DNA of 64,000 bases from Eledone cirrhosa (taxonomy: Eukaryota), in NCBI GenBank assembly GCA_964016885.1, contig OZ024741.1:110546001-110610000 (forward strand), in the 5' to 3' direction. Position 1 is the stretch's first letter, and every line of letters begins with the position of its first letter. The notes below the pieces were generated by a model. That model was given only the letters and a program-made list of their open reading frames with translations, did not search any database and had not been told where the DNA came from. Made by a program: the position numbers and the translations under genes. Positions 1 to 12,900 of the stretch are shown one piece after another.

Positions 1-573
1 AATAAAAATTTAAACAGAAAATCTTCTAGGATTTCAACAAATCTCCTTGCCTGTGCTAATTCTGAATCATTCCAATCCTCTGGTTTTTCTAATAGCATTG
101 AAAATAGCTCAAAAAGCATGGTAATTCTAAATAAATAGGTGCAAGTTTACTTTTTTGCATAACTTTTGGAGAGAGGTTTCAAGCCTGAAGTGTGGTCTGT
201 TGGTAGAAGTGCATTTTCTCATAATAAAATTAACTCGTATCACATTTACAAATGGAGCAGAGGACAACGAATAATTTTGTGAGGTGGGGGTGGGGAGGTA
301 AGGCTCCACAGCCCCACTCCCCACCATGGCGATTGGAATGCATGCCCTGCTTTTCAAGTTACTCATTGCCACTAATAATAACCCGTCTACCCCATGCAAG
401 TATAGAAAACATACATTAAATGAAATGATGAAAATATATATATATATGTAGATAAATCTACCAAAGTATATGGTAGTGTCCAATCCGTATGAACTCAATG
501 TAATCCAAATATCATGAAAAGAGATGTATTCTAAAATTTTTTTAGATGAAAATCACAGGAAAACATAGTCAAG

Positions 574-810
574 ATAAACTAATAAAAACAATGAATAAAA
601 ACAAAGAAACAGTTCCTTATATTAAAAATTCATAATTTTACGATCGTTTCTATGATATATATGTGTTTGTTGGTATGTAAAATTTTTATATAGATCTATA
701 TGATATACATACCAACAAACACATATATCCTAGAAACGATCGTAAAATGATGAATTTTTTAATATAAGGAACTGTTTCTTTGTTTTTATTCATTGTTTTT
801 ATTAATTTAT
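574..810. repeat. Foldback inverted repeat, arms of about 105 bp (MITE-like)
   Basis: 574-679 (ataaactaataaaaacaatgaataaaaacaaagaaacagttccttat...ttggtatgta) is near reverse-complementary to 706-810, with a 26-nt spacer. Confidence 0.85.
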
Positions 811-846
811 TTATATATATATATATATATCAACTAGAAATTGATT

Positions 847-1130
847 CATCATCATCATCATTTCATTTTACGTCCGCTTTTTCCCTGCTTGCAAGGGTGG
901 GACGGGAACTGATTCTGGCTTGATTTCTACAGCTGGATGCCCTTCCTAACACCAACCTCATTTACAGCGAGTGCTGGATGCTTTTTTGCCGTGGCACCTT
1001 CACGACCACTTTGCAGTGGAATGATATGGACCCCAGTCCCTATCATCTCATTTCTACAGCTGAGTAAACTGCAGCAATGTGGAATAAAGTGTCTTGCTCA
1101 AGGAAACAACACATCACCCAGTCTGAGAAT
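847..1130 (-). mobile_element. tRNA/CORE SINE with RTE-B-type 3' tail (SINE-1), 5'-truncated
   Basis: Reverse complement of the 5238-5560 copy, truncated within the B box; (GAT)n tail at the left end. Confidence 0.9.
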
Positions 1131-1146
1131 TGACATATATATATAT

Positions 1147-2050
1147 AGAAGGACCAGCAGTGCAAGTTAAAGGTAGTATAATAAGTAAGGCAATCAAAGA
1201 TATGAAGACAGGCAAGGCAGCTGGGCCTTCAGAGATAGTTGCTGAGATGTTGAAGGCATCTCGTATGGTGGGACACACTATGGTCACCCGTATAGTTAAC
1301 CAAGTAATACAGAATCGGGTCATACCGAAAGACTGGCGTAACAGCATCATCATTAACTGCTACAAAGGTAAAGGGGAAACTATAGAGGCATTTAGTTGAC
1401 CAGGTCATGAAGGTCACAGAAAGAGTTATAGCGCAACTAATCAGAGAGCAAATTGATCTAGATGAAATGCAGTTTGGGTTTGTGTGAGGTAAAAGTACCA
1501 CAGACGCTCTTTTCCTTGTATGACAACTACAAGAGAAGTACCTAGCTTTAAACCCTCTACTTAGCTTTTGTAGACCTGGAGAAAGCTTTTGACAGAATCC
1601 CCCGCTCCATTATCTGGTGGGCTCTTAGAAAACTAGGTGTAGATGAAGGGCTTGTGAGAGCTATACAAACTATGTATAATGAAACAGTCAGTAAGGTTAG
1701 AATTAACAATGAATATTGTGAAGAATTTAGTGTAAAAGTTGGCGTTCATCAAGGCTCTGTCTTTAGCCCCCTCTTATTTATTATTGCCCTTCAGGCTATA
1801 ACAGAGGAGTTCAAGACCGGCTGCCCATGGGAACTCCTATACACAGATGATCTAACGCTCATAGCTGAATCAATGGCTGAACTAGAGAAGAAATTCGAAA
1901 CATGGAAGCATGGCCTAGAATCAAAAGACCTTAAAGTTAACTTGTCTAAGACTAAAGTTCAATTTGTAGAAAGGAAAATAGGGCCCAGGTGCCCTCAGGG
2001 AAATGGCCATGGTCAGTGTGGAGGAAAGGAGTAGGCAGAAATTCCATTTC
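1147..2050 (+). pseudogene. RTE LINE internal RT fragment with stops and frameshifts
   Basis: Translates to EGPAVQV...[26 protein letters not shown] and LLYTDDL. It stops at the start of the PHD region; the 5' junction is (TA)n. Confidence 0.9.
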
Positions 2051-2064
2051 TTTAATGAAATATA

Positions 2065-2865
2065 TACAAGGAAGATTAATCAATTTATAAGCTATCTATT
2101 TTTAAAGTGCTAGTTAAACTTTAATTAGTTACCTACCTGGCTATGTGTGCTTACACACTTTTACAAATTATTTCCTGTGATTGTTTCATATGTTTATTTT
2201 ATATATATATATGTCAATCAATTTCTAGTTGATATAAAATGCTCGGATCTATTCATTGGAATCTTGGAGCATATTCTACAGTGGATATGGCGCATGTCTC
2301 TCTGACATGACACCCTTAATTTAATTTTGGATATATACACGGCCCCTTAATTGTAGAGCTAACTTAGTTGAAAGGACTCGGCTGCTATTTCTAGTTGTCG
2401 ATAACCCTATTCACGCCACTGGGATGAAGCTGGTACGATGTGTGTATTTTTGAATGCAACACGTGCTGCTAGTCATTCGCAGATTTGAATTTGCTGTGTA
2501 AACACAGATAGTTAGATCTTCTCCCTTGTTGAAAATCCGAGATTTGGCTACTGTGGTTTACCGATCGATTAATGGTGAAATATATTTCTTTAATTACAAG
2601 GAAGATTAATCAATTTATAAGGTATCTATTTTTAAAGTTCTAGTTATACTTTAATTAGTTACCTACCTGGCTATGTGTGCTTACACACTTTTACAAATTA
2701 TTCCCTGTGATTGTTTCATATGTTTATTTTAGATATATATATATATGTCAATCAATTTCTAGTTGATATAAAATGCTCGGATCTATTTATTGGAATCTTG
2801 GAGCATATTCTACAGTGGATATGGCGCATGTCTCTCTGACATGACACCCTTAATTTAATTTTGGA
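2065..2865. repeat. Direct duplication of about 270 bp (2065-2331 and 2595-2865)
   Basis: tacaaggaagattaatcaattt...gacacccttaatttaattttgga occurs twice, 530 bp apart, with few mismatches. Confidence 0.9.
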
Positions 2866-2878
2866 CATATATATATAT

Positions 2879-5150
2879 GTGAGGTGTTCAGGATTGCTAG
2901 GCAATGCGTCAAGGAAAACCGTGATATTGTCGGGGAGAAGTGTGTACTAAACGACGATGGCACACTTGCCATCACCGACGCTGATAAGAAGGTAGCTTGG
3001 AAGTGTCACTATGAAAGGCTACTAAATGAGGAGAATAAATGGGAGAAAGACAGTCTCCCCCATATCGACCCAATAGAGGGACCAGCAGTGTTAGTCGAGG
3101 GGAGTATAATAAGTAAGGCAATCAAGGATATGAAGACGGGTAAGGCGGCTGGGCCTTCGGAAATAGTTGCTGAGATGCTGAAGGCATCTGGCACGGTGGG
3201 ACACACCATGGTCACCCGCATAGTTAACCCAGTCGTACAGAATGGGGTTGTTCCGAAGGACTGGCATAGCAGCATCATCGTTAACTGTTATAAGGGTAAA
3301 GGAGACGCCTTAGATAGGAGTAACTATAGAGGCATTAAATTAATCGACCAGGTCATGAAGGTCACGGAAAAAGTAATAGCGCAACTAATCAGAGAGAGAA
3401 TTGACCTAGATGAAATGCAGTTCGGGTTTGTGTCAGGCAAAAGTACCACAGACGCTCTTTTCATAGTACGACAACTACAGGAGAAGTACCTAGCTAAAGG
3501 TAAACCCCTCTACTTAGCTTTTGTCAACTTGGAGAAAGCCTTCGACAGAGTCCCCCGCTCCATTATCTGGTGGGCTCTTAGAAAACTAGGCGTTGACGAA
3601 TGGCTTGTGAGGGCTATACAAGCCATGTATAAAGAAACAGTCAGCAAGGTTAGAATTAACAACGAATATAGTGAAGAGTTTAGCGTAAAAGTTGGCGTCC
3701 ATCAGGGCTCTGTTCTCAGCCCACTACTATTTATTATTGCCCTTCAGGCTATAACAGAGGAGTTCAAGACAGGCTGCCCATGGGAACTCCTATACGCAGA
3801 CGACCTGACACTCATAGCGGAATCAATGGCCGAGCTAGAGAAGAAATTCCAAACATGGAAGCACGGCCTAGAGTCAAAAGGACTTAAAATTAACCTGGCT
3901 AAGACCAAAGTACTAGTTTGTAGGAAAGAAAACAAGGCGGCGGTCCCTTCTGGGAAATGGTCGTGCTCGGTGTGTAGGAAAGGCGTAGGTAGAAACTCCA
4001 TTTTATGTCCTAAATGCAAAGTATGGGTGCATAAAAGATGTAGTGGGATCACAGGTAAGCTAACTAAGAACATAGATTTTACATGTGGCCGGTGCTCTGG
4101 TGCAATAAGTAGCAGCAAGTGCCCACAAAATACTAGCTCTTTCAATTGCGCAGAGGGTTCTATAGAAATAGTGGACAGCTTCCGTTACCTGGGCGATAAA
4201 ATCAGCAGTGGGGGAGGGTGCTCTGAAAGTACTGTAGCTAGAGTCAGAACTGGTTGGAAAAAGTTCAGAGAGCTTATACCACTATTAGCTGCTAAAGGGT
4301 TCTCACTAAAAATGAAAGCAGGTTGTACGATGCCTGCATACGAACAGCAATGCTGCATGGCAGTGAGACCTGGGCATTGTGTGCAGAGGATATACGCAGA
4401 CTAGAGAGGAACGAAGCTTGCATGCTCCGCTGGATGTGTAACAGTAATATACGTGAACGGCAAAGCATAAACGAACTAAGGAAAAAATTAGAGATAAGAG
4501 GGATCAGATGTTGTTTACTCGAGAGAAGGCTACGTTGGTATGGACACGTGATGCGCATGAAAGTCGATAGCTGTATAACAAAGTGCAGGGCAATAAAGAT
4601 AGACGGTAGTCACGGAATAGGCAGACCTAGAAAAACCTGGGACGAGCTGATAAACTCCGACATCACACACTTACACCTCTCCAAGACAATGTCACTGGAC
4701 CGAGACCTTTGGCGGTACTCAGTAACAGAGAAGACCCGCCTTACCTAAATATATAGTAAAACCTACTCCAGCCAGTAGGCATCTCTAACAAAATACACCC
4801 CGTCCCACCACCACCACCCCCACCCCATCCACACCACCCCGTTCTATGTAAAGTTATGTTGGTGCCGCGCCATCGAGGCCGAAACAAATGAGATCGTGTA
4901 GGTGTCACGACAAAAAAACACACAGTCCACGCTGTAATGTGGCCGTGTAGGCAACACGGTAAAAACCTCCCAGACCCACACTGTAAATGTGGTTGGTGTT
5001 AGGAAGGGCATCCAACTGTAGAAAACCTGCCAGACAGTCCTATGCGAGCAAGACAATCACTCTTGCCTCAAGTGGGACTACCCCCGTCCAAACCCATGCA
5101 AGCGTGGAACACGGACGTTAAACGTTGATGATGATGATGATGATGATGAT
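2879..5150 (+). mobile_element. RTE-A LINE, 5'-truncated (RT, PHD, C-terminus, 3' UTR, (GAT)n tail)
   Basis: ORFs 2884-4404 and 4323-4748 carry [31 protein letters not shown] and FRYLG, with one frameshift near 4317. (TA)n lies on both sides. Confidence 0.95.
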
Positions 5151-5237
5151 ATATATATATATATATTGTATATAATCATCATTATCGTTTAATGTCCACT
5201 TTCAATGCTACCATGGATTATATATATGTATATATAT

Positions 5238-5560
5238 CACATGGCTTAGTGGTTAGAGCATTGGCCTTGCAATCGAAAGGTTGTGAGTTCAATTCTAAGA
5301 CTGGGTGATGTGTTGTTTCCTTGAGCAAGACACTTTATTTCACATTGCTCCAGTTTACTCAGCTGTAGAAATGAGATGAGAGGGACTGCGGTCCCTATCA
5401 TTCCACTGTAAAGTGGTCGTGGAGGTGCCACGGCAAAAAAGCACCCAGCACTCACTGTAAATGAGGTTGGTGTTAGGAAGGGCATCCAGCTGTAGAAATC
5501 AAGCCAGAATCAGTTCCCGTCCCACCCTTGCAAGCAGGGAAAAAGCGGACGTAAAATGAA
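5238..5560 (+). mobile_element. tRNA/CORE SINE with RTE-B-type 3' tail (SINE-1)
   Basis: A box TGGCTTAGTGG and B box GAGTTCAATTC. The CORE-like block ccttgagcaagacacttt...ctcagctgtagaaatgag resembles the MIR core. The 3' half matches the RTE-B 3' UTR at about 27065-27210. Confidence 0.9.
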
Positions 5561-6336
5561 TTCCTGAATGAATGTCTAATGGTAGCTAAGATGCTTCCAT
5601 AGGCGGTATGCCGGTTGAGCACTCTATGCTCCTACGGAGCAGAGTATGATAGAATAGAAAACAAAATATCAGTGATGCATTGGGACTCAATTTATTGTGT
5701 TACAATTGTTTCCCTGGCGAACAGCTTGAGGTGCGATCTGTGTGTGGATCGACCCGACTCTAAACTCGCAGGTTCCTTGGACACGTCTATTGATTTCGAA
5801 GCATATCCTCTTTTTGGGGTTCCTGACCCTACAGGTCTGTATCGTCCACCTTCATCTGCTTTGCTCGTCCTTGGGTTGGTCACTGGTTAGTGACATCATC
5901 AGTATTCTGACCACTGGTAGCAATCCGCCGACCGTCAGGGCGTGAGCTATCACTCACCCCCTGCCCCGTCGGCAAAATTACTGCTGTTTGTCAGCTCCCA
6001 CTCCCACACACAGACACAGAGATACTGACAGATACATACAGAGTAGCTTGTGTGCTTACGTTTACACATGCACGCCCAGAAGCATACCCACATATCCGTG
6101 TGTACACACACGTATAGTCACACAAATATACGCATACATGCACACACACACACGAGCGCGCGTATATACAGACACACACACACACATACATGCACCTGTA
6201 TATATACATGCACAAACGTACGCGTTCGTACATACACATACAGATATATATATATATACATACACATACATATATACACACATACGTCTACACACATGTA
6301 TACATATGCACACACACACACACATATATATATAGA

Positions 6337-6597
6337 TCGAGATCGTGTAGGTGTCACGAGAAAAAACACACAGTCCACGCTGTAATGTGGTCGTGTAGGT
6401 AACACGGTAAAAAGTTCCCAGTTCCACACTGTAAATGTGGTTGGTGTTAGGAAGGGCATTCAGCCGTAGAAAACCTGCCAGACAGTCCTATATGAACGAG
6501 ACATGGTCACCCGACCAACCTTTCTTCAAGTGGGACAACTCCCGTCTAACCTATGCTAGCATGGAAAATGGACGTTAAACGAAGATGATGATGATGA
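6337..6597 (+). mobile_element. RTE-A-related 3' UTR fragment with (GAT)n tail
   Basis: Matches about 4890-5150; (TA)n on both sides. Confidence 0.85.
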
Positions 6598-6904
6598 TAA
6601 TATATACACACACGCATACATACCTTTATATATCTTTTTTCCCTACACGTGTGCATACACACACACAGACGCGCACATATATTCTCACATATGTATATAC
6701 ACACATAAAAAAATATGCAAAAATGCATGTAAGAAAAGCATATAAAGATACACATTGGGCTGTACATGCAAAAATGCACCTTGTTGTACGTGCTGACAGT
6801 TGATATTATGTTGCCAACGTTGATTAATCTACGTATAGACACATCAAGTAAGGCCACATATGGGGAGTTCATGGTATTAATGTAAAGGGTATGCCCAGAC
6901 CGTA

Positions 6905-7005
6905 CATAGAAAATGCATGCAGGATATATACAAAATGTATGCAGAATATATAAAAAATGTATGCAGAATATATAAAAAATGTACGCACAATATATTAAAA
7001 AAATA
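6905..7005. repeat. Degenerate minisatellite of about 24 bp (aaaatgtatgcagaatatata), about 4 units
   Basis: Repeated units are visible directly. Confidence 0.7.
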
Positions 7006-7352
7006 TATATATTGCTTTGTAACAAGAAAAAAAAATCATCTCTATCTAATTAACCCCAATTAAAACCAAACTAACAGTTTAGATTGTTTAAAGATATAGA
7101 TTTATAAGCAACAACTTAAGATAAAACTGTGTGTGTGCATGTTAAAGAGAGAGTATGAAGTATGTGGAGGAAGTCTGATACTGGAGTGTAATTGAACATG
7201 GCCAATGAATGTAGACATTTTGTGGCAGCTGGAGAGAGTCGTGTCTTGTATGGTGAACTATTGAGATGTAACATTAACGGAAATGAAAAATGGAACACTT
7301 GTCAGCTTGTATGTATGTATGCATATATAATATGTATGTAGGTATGTATGTG

Positions 7353-7399
<47 letters not shown>

Positions 7400-8079
7400 A
7401 TAATAGTAATATACATGAACAGCAAAGCATAAATGAACTGAGAGAGAGACTTGACATATGGGGATCAGATGCAGTGTGCAGCAAAAGAGATTGTGTTGGT
7501 ATGGACATATGATGTATATGAAGGATGACAGCTGTATAAAAAGGTGCAGAGCGCTCAAAGTTGATGGCAGTTATGGAGTAGGAAGACTTGGGGTGAGGTG
7601 ATAAAAGCTGACCTTGCACAATTACACCTCTCAATACAGAAGACCTCAGAAGACCTGCCTTCACATGTGCACGGGTTGAAGCAAACATCTTGTATATACC
7701 ATCGCCCCCACCCACCCCCTCTGACTTCCTAACACCTTACCCCTCACTTACGTCCCCAGATCTACCTCCCCACTCCCCGTCCAACTCCCCCACCCAACTC
7801 CCCTGTCCACACTGCAAAGTGGTCATGTGGGTGTCACGCCAAAAAGCTCTTAGCTCACATTGTAAAGTGTTTATGTTGCCGTCACCACAAAAAGTACCCA
7901 GTACACACTGTAAATGTGGTTGGCGTTAGTAAGGGCATCCAACCTTTGAAACCGAGCCAAACTCAGTTTTGTATGAGCAAGGCGTGGTCATCTGACCTGG
8001 CTTGTCTCACAACAGAACAACTCGTCTAACCCATGTTAGTGTGGAAAAAGGACTTTAAACGATGATGATGATGATGATG

Positions 8080-8080
<1 letters not shown>
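7400..8080 (+). mobile_element. Older RTE (B-like) 3' fragment
   Basis: Similar to 26700-27328 (tggtatggacat..., gaaggatgacagctg, cactgtaaatgtggttgg); ends in (GAT)n; 5' side is (TA)n. Confidence 0.85.
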
Positions 8081-8116
<36 letters not shown>

Positions 8117-8134
8117 GTGCCAGACATACCACAT

Positions 8135-8275
8135 ACTGCATCATGCTAAATCTCCCTGAGAATTACACTAGGGCTACACGTGTCTGTGAAATGCTCAGCC
8201 ACATGCATGTTAATTTCATGAGCAGGTTGTTCTGTTGGTCGAATAACTGGGTCGACTCTTAGTTGAAGCCGACGG
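8135..8275 (+). mobile_element. SINE 3' fragment of the same family as 36777-37083
   Basis: atctccctgagaa...gctcagccacatgcatgttaatttcatgagcaggttgttc matches 36950-37040. Confidence 0.7.
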
Positions 8276-9917
8276 AGGTCATCGATCGTTCGAGCTGGCG
8301 CGCGTGTAAACATTTCAGTCCACTCTATATTCTCTTCCTACGAAATTCAGCCGATAACCATATATATTTTTGTTGGTGTTAGACGAGAACCAAGGGAAGT
8401 TACTCTTACAGTCAAATGACAATATATTTATTATCTCCCTTCCTTCATTCTCTTGATCACTCATACATATTCGCCGCTCGTTAGGATAAAAGTGTAGGTC
8501 TGCTACGTTAAGGATGAAGGTCACAACATCACATCTTTCCTAAATATGATTTTAAAAATCAGCGCTATAAAAATATGCGTTACCTCAAAGCATGTTGCTT
8601 GCTACAGTCTGACAAAAACTTTTCAAAATATATTTATTATGACCGTGAGTTCAATCGTATAGTACAGTGTTAAAATTTTGCATAGGCACCAGCATTGTCC
8701 ACGAGTGTGTGTAATTGACTGGGTATATCCTCGACTCACTTCATCATAAGCTTAAGCAGAATGTTGGTTAATACATGACGAATGCGTTCCTCTAATTTAG
8801 CCAGTTTTGGGTTTTGAGCTATAAAACTTCTTTCACCCACAGGAAAAAATCGCTTGGTGTTAAGTCAGGGCTTCTTGCTGGCCACATATGTCGACCTTGA
8901 CGACCCAGCCAACGTCTTGGAAATTGGACATCAAGCTACCCATGGAGGGTACATGCAAAATGAAGAGGAGGCCCATCTTGCATAAATATAGGTCATTGAT
9001 GTTGCCCCATGTGGTCACAGTAAGCCAAAAGTTATAAGTAATTTTCAATAGGGAGTTTATTTCCACCCATCATATATATATATATATAAATATATATATG
9101 CACACACACACACTCACGTGTGGTCTACTTTCCATGTAAGTTAATGTTACACTTCAATGGAGCCACATACAAACTTCTCTCATCCTCCAACTGCCACAAA
9201 ACTTCTCCATTCAATGACCATGTTTCAGTTCAGTGTTAACATTATTAACATCTTTTCATACCTTCAAAACTCTGGACCACAGACGCGCTGTATTAACTTT
9301 CTTATTTTTCTATCGCTACTACCTGATGGTCACTGTTCCTTGAGGTTAGCTGGCTGGCTAGTTGGTTTCATGCCTCCTCCATTCAGTTTCACTGAACTCT
9401 CTAGCTTCTACTTCTACCATCACCTAAGCTGTGACAAACTTCAATAAGCCAGTCACATACTAATCACTACACACAAACTTTCCAATTCTCTGGAATTTCC
9501 TCCCTATCTATGCTTTTCTTGCAGCTACCAACAACAGTTTAAGTGGAATGTTAATGACATCATACAGCAGTCACACTAACACAGTATGATTCATAACAGA
9601 GATATATATGAAAGCATATACAGAATGTATATTTATAATAAACCTACTTTGGTCTAGCTGCAGGTATTTCAAACTGTGATTATGTCACAGCCTTTTGTTA
9701 ACAGAAACTGTTGTTGTTATTGTTTAAATGTAGCAGTGCTATAGCTGGACCTGTACACACACACACACGCACGCACACTTATATATACTTGGTCTGTGAT
9801 GATCCATCCAACTTATGCTAGCTTGGAAAAACAAATGAACTTAAAATGATGTATATATGCATGTGTGTAGATGTGTATGTATTTGTGTGCATGTATATTA
9901 ACACAAAGAAAGAAAGA

Positions 9918-12900
9918 ATCATCATCATCATCATCATCAACGTTTAACGTCCGTGTTCCACGCTTGCATGGGTTTGGACGGGGGTATTTCCCACTTGAGG
10001 CAAGAGTGATTGTCTTGCTCGCATAGGACTGTCTGGCGGGTTTTCTACAGCTGGATGCCCTTCCTAACACCAACCACATTTACAGTGTGGGGCTGGGAGG
10101 TTTTTACCGTGTTGCCTACACGGCCACATTACAGCAAGGACTGTGTTTTTTTTTGTCGTGACACCTACACGATCTCATTTGTTTCGGCCTGGATGGTGTG
10201 GCACCAACATAACTTTACATAGAATGGGGTGGAGGTGGTGGGACGGGGTGTATTTTGTTAGAGATGCCTACTGGCTGTAGTAGGTTTTACTATGTATTTA
10301 GGTAAGGCGGGTCTTCTCTGTTACTGAGTACCGCCAAAGGTCTCGGTCCAGTGACATTGTCTTGGAGAGGTGTAAGTGTGTGAGGTCGGAATTTATCAGC
10401 TGGTCCCAGGTTTTTCTGGGTCTGCCTATTCCGTGGCTACCGTCTATCTTTATTGCCCTGCACTTTGTTATACAGCTATCGTCTTTCATGCGCATCACGT
10501 GACCATACCAACGTAGCCTTCTCTCGAGTAAACAACATCTGATCCCTCTTATTTCCAATTTTTTCCTTAGTTCGTTTATGCTTTGCCGTTCACGTATATT
10601 ACTATTACACATCCAGCGGAGCATGCAAGCTTCATTCCTCTCTAGTCTGCGTATATCCTCTGCACACAATGCCCAGATCTCACTGCCATGCAACATTGCG
10701 GTTCGTATGCAGGCATCATACAACCTGCCTTTCATTTTTAGGGAGAACCCTTTAGCGGCTAATAGTGGTATAAGCTCTCTGAACTTTTTGCATCCAGTTC
10801 TGACTCTAGCTACTGTACTTTCAGAGCACCCTCCCCCACTGCTGATTTTGTCACCCAGGTAACGGAAGCTGTCCACTATTTCTATGGAACCCTCTGCGCA
10901 GTTGAAAGAGCTAGTATTTTGTGGGCACTTGCTGCTACTTATTGCACCAGAGCACCGGCCACATTGTAAAATCTATGTTCTTAGTTAGCTTACCTGTGAT
11001 CCCACTACATCTTTTATGCACCCATACTTTGCATTTGGGACACAAAATGAAGTTTCTACCTACGCCTTTCCTACACACTGAGCATGGCCACTTCCCAGAA
11101 GGGACCGCCGCCTTATTTTCTTTCTTACAAACTAGAACTTTAGTCTTAGCCAGGTTAATTTTAAGGCCTTTTGATTCTAGGCCGTGCTTCCATGTTTGGA
11201 ATTTCTTCTCTAGCTCGGCCATTGATTCAGCTATGAGTGTTAGGTCATCTGCGTATAGAAGTTCCCATGGGCAGCCGGTCTTGAACTCCTCTGTTATAGC
11301 CTGAAGGGCAATAATAAATAGTAGGGGGCTGAGAACAGAGCCCTGATGGATGCCAACTTTTACGCTAAACTCTTCACTATATTCGTTGTTAATTCTAACC
11401 TTGCTGACTGTTTCTTTATAATGGCTTGTATAGCTCTCACATGCCATTCGTCAACACCTAGTTTTCTAAGAGCCCACCAGATAATGGAACGGGGAACTCT
11501 GTCGAAGGCTTTCTCCAAGTCGACAAAAGCTAAGTATAGGGGTTTACTTTTAGCTAGGTACTTCTCCTGTAGTTGTCATACAATGAAAAGAACGTCTGTG
11601 GTACTTTTACCTGACACAAACCCGAACTGCATTTCATCTAGGTCAATTCTCTCTCTGATTAGTTGCGCTATTACTTTTTCCGTGACCTTCATGACCTGGT
11701 CGATTAATTTAATGCCTCTATAGTTACTCCTATCTAGGGCATCTCCTTTACCCTTATAACAGTTAACGATGATGCTGCTACGCCAGTCCTTCGGAACAAC
11801 CCCATTCTGTACGACTTGGTTAACTATCTGGGTGACCACCGTACCAGATGCCTTCAGCATCTCAGCAACTATTTCCGAAGGCCCAGCCGCCTTACCTGTC
11901 TTCATATCTTTGATTGCCTTACTTATTATACGACCCTCGACTAACACTGCTGGTCCCTCTATTGGGTCGATGTGGGGGAGACTGTCTTTCTCCCATTTAT
12001 TCTCATTTAGTAGCCTTTCGTAGTGACACTTCCAAGCTACCTTCTTATCAGCGTCGGTGATGGCAAGTACGCCGTCATCATTAAGTACACACTTCTCCCC
12101 GACAATATCACGGTTTTCCTTGACACATTGCCTAGCAATCCTGAACACCTCACGTTTTTGGTCCTCGCGTTGTAGAACATGCTTGAACTTTCTTTCCTCG
12201 GCTTCCCTTCTTGCGAAGTACACTTGTCTCCTAGCTTCCCTCCTGGCCACTTGATAGTCTTCTCTACTTCCCCCATCCTGCCATAATTTCCAAGCCTGCT
12301 TTTTGGCCTTAATTGACCCCTCCACCTTACTGTTCCACCACCATGTTACTCTCCTCCTGCCTACAGGCCTGCTCCAGCCACAGACTTCGTCTGCCGCCAT
12401 CAGCAGGTTTGCTTTCAGGAATTCCCACTGTTCCTCTATATTGTACGACTCTAATTGCTCTTCCTTACTGTCGAAAGCATCAAGTAGTATGCTTTTAAAT
12501 TTATTTCTGGCTGTGGGGTCCTTTAGCTTCCATATTTTTCTCCTGAGGATAGTCCTCTTCTGCTGTCTAGTACGTCTCGTCCTGACTATTAGGTCGCTAA
12601 TTATCAGTATGTTGGGAGGTGCATTCTTCATGGGGGAGGGATTTAGTGTTTACAACAGACACTTTGTCACGTCTTCTGGTAAGGATATAATCTACCTGGC
12701 TTGTGTGTTCCCCCGATCTATAGGTGATCAGGTGATTGTCACGTTTTTTGAAGTTATTGTTACAGATAGTTAGGTTATTTGCGTCACAGAATTCCAGGAT
12801 TCTGGAGCCTTCCTCATTTCTAGTACCAAACCCATAGCCTCCATGGATTTCGTCGTAGCCGTCACAATGTTGTCCAACGTGACCATTTAGGTCGCCTGCA

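Noticed and set aside
5238-5310. tRNA gene (Ala-like TGC loop)
   Set aside because: No acceptor stem, and it continues into CORE and a LINE tail, so it is a SINE head.
5870-5905. Hammerhead at minus-strand CTGATGA-T-GTCACT-AACC-AGTGAC
   Set aside because: A stem II-like hairpin is present, but it is followed by CAAC rather than GAAA and no stem I is evident.
8315-9066. Short minus-strand ORFs in CpG-containing unique sequence
   Set aside because: No recognisable motif or convincing splice-site pair; cannot be supported without a search.
9610-9695. Similarity to 41836-41915 (gcatatac...ctagct...ctgtgattatgtcacagc)
   Set aside because: Short and degenerate; probably an old dispersed repeat with no classifiable feature.
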